DNA of 64,000 nt from Octopus vulgaris (Eukaryota): assembly GCA_951406725.2 (NCBI GenBank), contig OX597821.1, forward strand, positions 77,996,001-78,060,000. Reading direction: 5' to 3'. Positions 63,146-64,000 of this stretch are shown piece after piece. Each line of letters opens with the position of its first letter. The first letter of the stretch is position 1. The notes beneath the pieces were generated by a model. It ran no database searches and was not told where the DNA came from. It was given only the letters and a program-made list of their open reading frames with translations. The position numbers and the translations under genes are program-made.

Positions 63146-63840
63146 GTAACTTATTTTAATTTCTTATAATTCTTCTGCTTATCTATCAATTTATTAAATT
63201 TTTTTTAATGATATACAGGTGCATACATGGCTATGTGGTTAAGAAGCTTGCTTTGCAACCAAAAGTTTTTTGGTTTAGTCCTGGCAAGAGTCTTCTACTA
63301 TAGCCTGAAGCTGATCTGTACTTTTTGAATAAATTTGGTAGACAGAAACTGTGTGGAAGCCTGTCGAATATATATTATGCGTGCATGCATGTGTGTCTTT
63401 GTGTTTGATCCTGCTACCACCACTTAATAATCTGTATTTGCATTAGGGCCAGCTCAAGGTACCAGAAACTTGGGCAGTCACCTGAGACGCTATATGCTAA
63501 GGGGCGCCAAGGAGGGCATGACGAAGACAAGGAAGTTTCCACAACCATCAGCTTGTACACACTGAAGTTCAGCTTGCCTGGGGCAGCATCAACCTTAAGG
63601 CCAGCACTGATTTGCAACCCTATAATACGAAAGAAGGGTGGGATGCTGAGCACATTCTTGTAGTAGAAGAGCTACATGGTTTCTCACATTTTAGAAGTGA
63701 GGATGGGAACAATCAGTAGGAGCTAAAAATAGATAATATAATGGTGATGAGGTTTTCAGGTGGTTATTCAAGGTACAAGGTGAGTAGAATTGAGTGGGGC
63801 TGGGCTCATTCTGCAATTTAAGAGATGAGGAATTATGTCC

Positions 63841-64000
63841 ATTATTTACATTTGAGGGATATTTGTCCTCATCTTGTTTGTTTTTAAAACACGACGTTTC
63901 AGCTGATATACCCTCCAGCCTTCATCAGATGTCTTGGGGAAATTTTGAACCTGGGTTCTCATTCCTTAGGTATTTTTCAATGTTATTATTATTATTCAGG
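63841..64000 (-). mobile_element. Second copy of the hammerhead-SINE (5' end runs off the window)
   Basis: Reverse complement aligns with 23660-23860 from CCTGAATAATAAT to TGTAAATAAT. Confidence 0.8.
63887..63934 (-). ncRNA. Minimal type-I hammerhead, family 1 (intact core, GUC site)
   Basis: AGACAT-CTGATGA-A-GGCTG-GAGGGTATAT-CAGCT-GAA-ACGT-C-GTGTTT. Confidence 0.75.

Overview
AT-rich, repeat-dense eukaryotic genomic DNA, most likely an octopus (coleoid cephalopod). The species call is inferred from tRNA-derived SINE and RTE families I recognise as octopus-type and from a protostome-type Keap1. The only host protein-coding gene I can support is Keap1 (BTB-BACK-Kelch Nrf2/CncC repressor) on the + strand. 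Two coding exons (56807-57072, ATG at 56863; and 62106-63145) splice in frame across a 5,033-bp GT-AG intron, and the gene continues past the window end. The ~50 kb upstream is probably a giant 5' intron, with a CpG-retaining candidate promoter/first exon at ~5.7-6.3 kb and visible CpG loss after ~8.7 kb. It is packed with SINEs, RTE/CR1/Dong/HERO LINE remnants, hAT and piggyBac-type MITEs, Helitrons, Penelope-like (PLE) fragments and microsatellites. The most notable signal is a set of type-I hammerhead ribozyme motifs from at least five distinct repeat families. These include a tRNA-headed, TSD-flanked SINE carrying a hammerhead, an inverted hammerhead pair, a hammerhead linked to a PLE endonuclease remnant, and a U3-A8 core-covariant. 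Several lie on the Keap1 sense strand. All calls are by eye; no searches or folding computations were run, and repeat boundaries are approximate.
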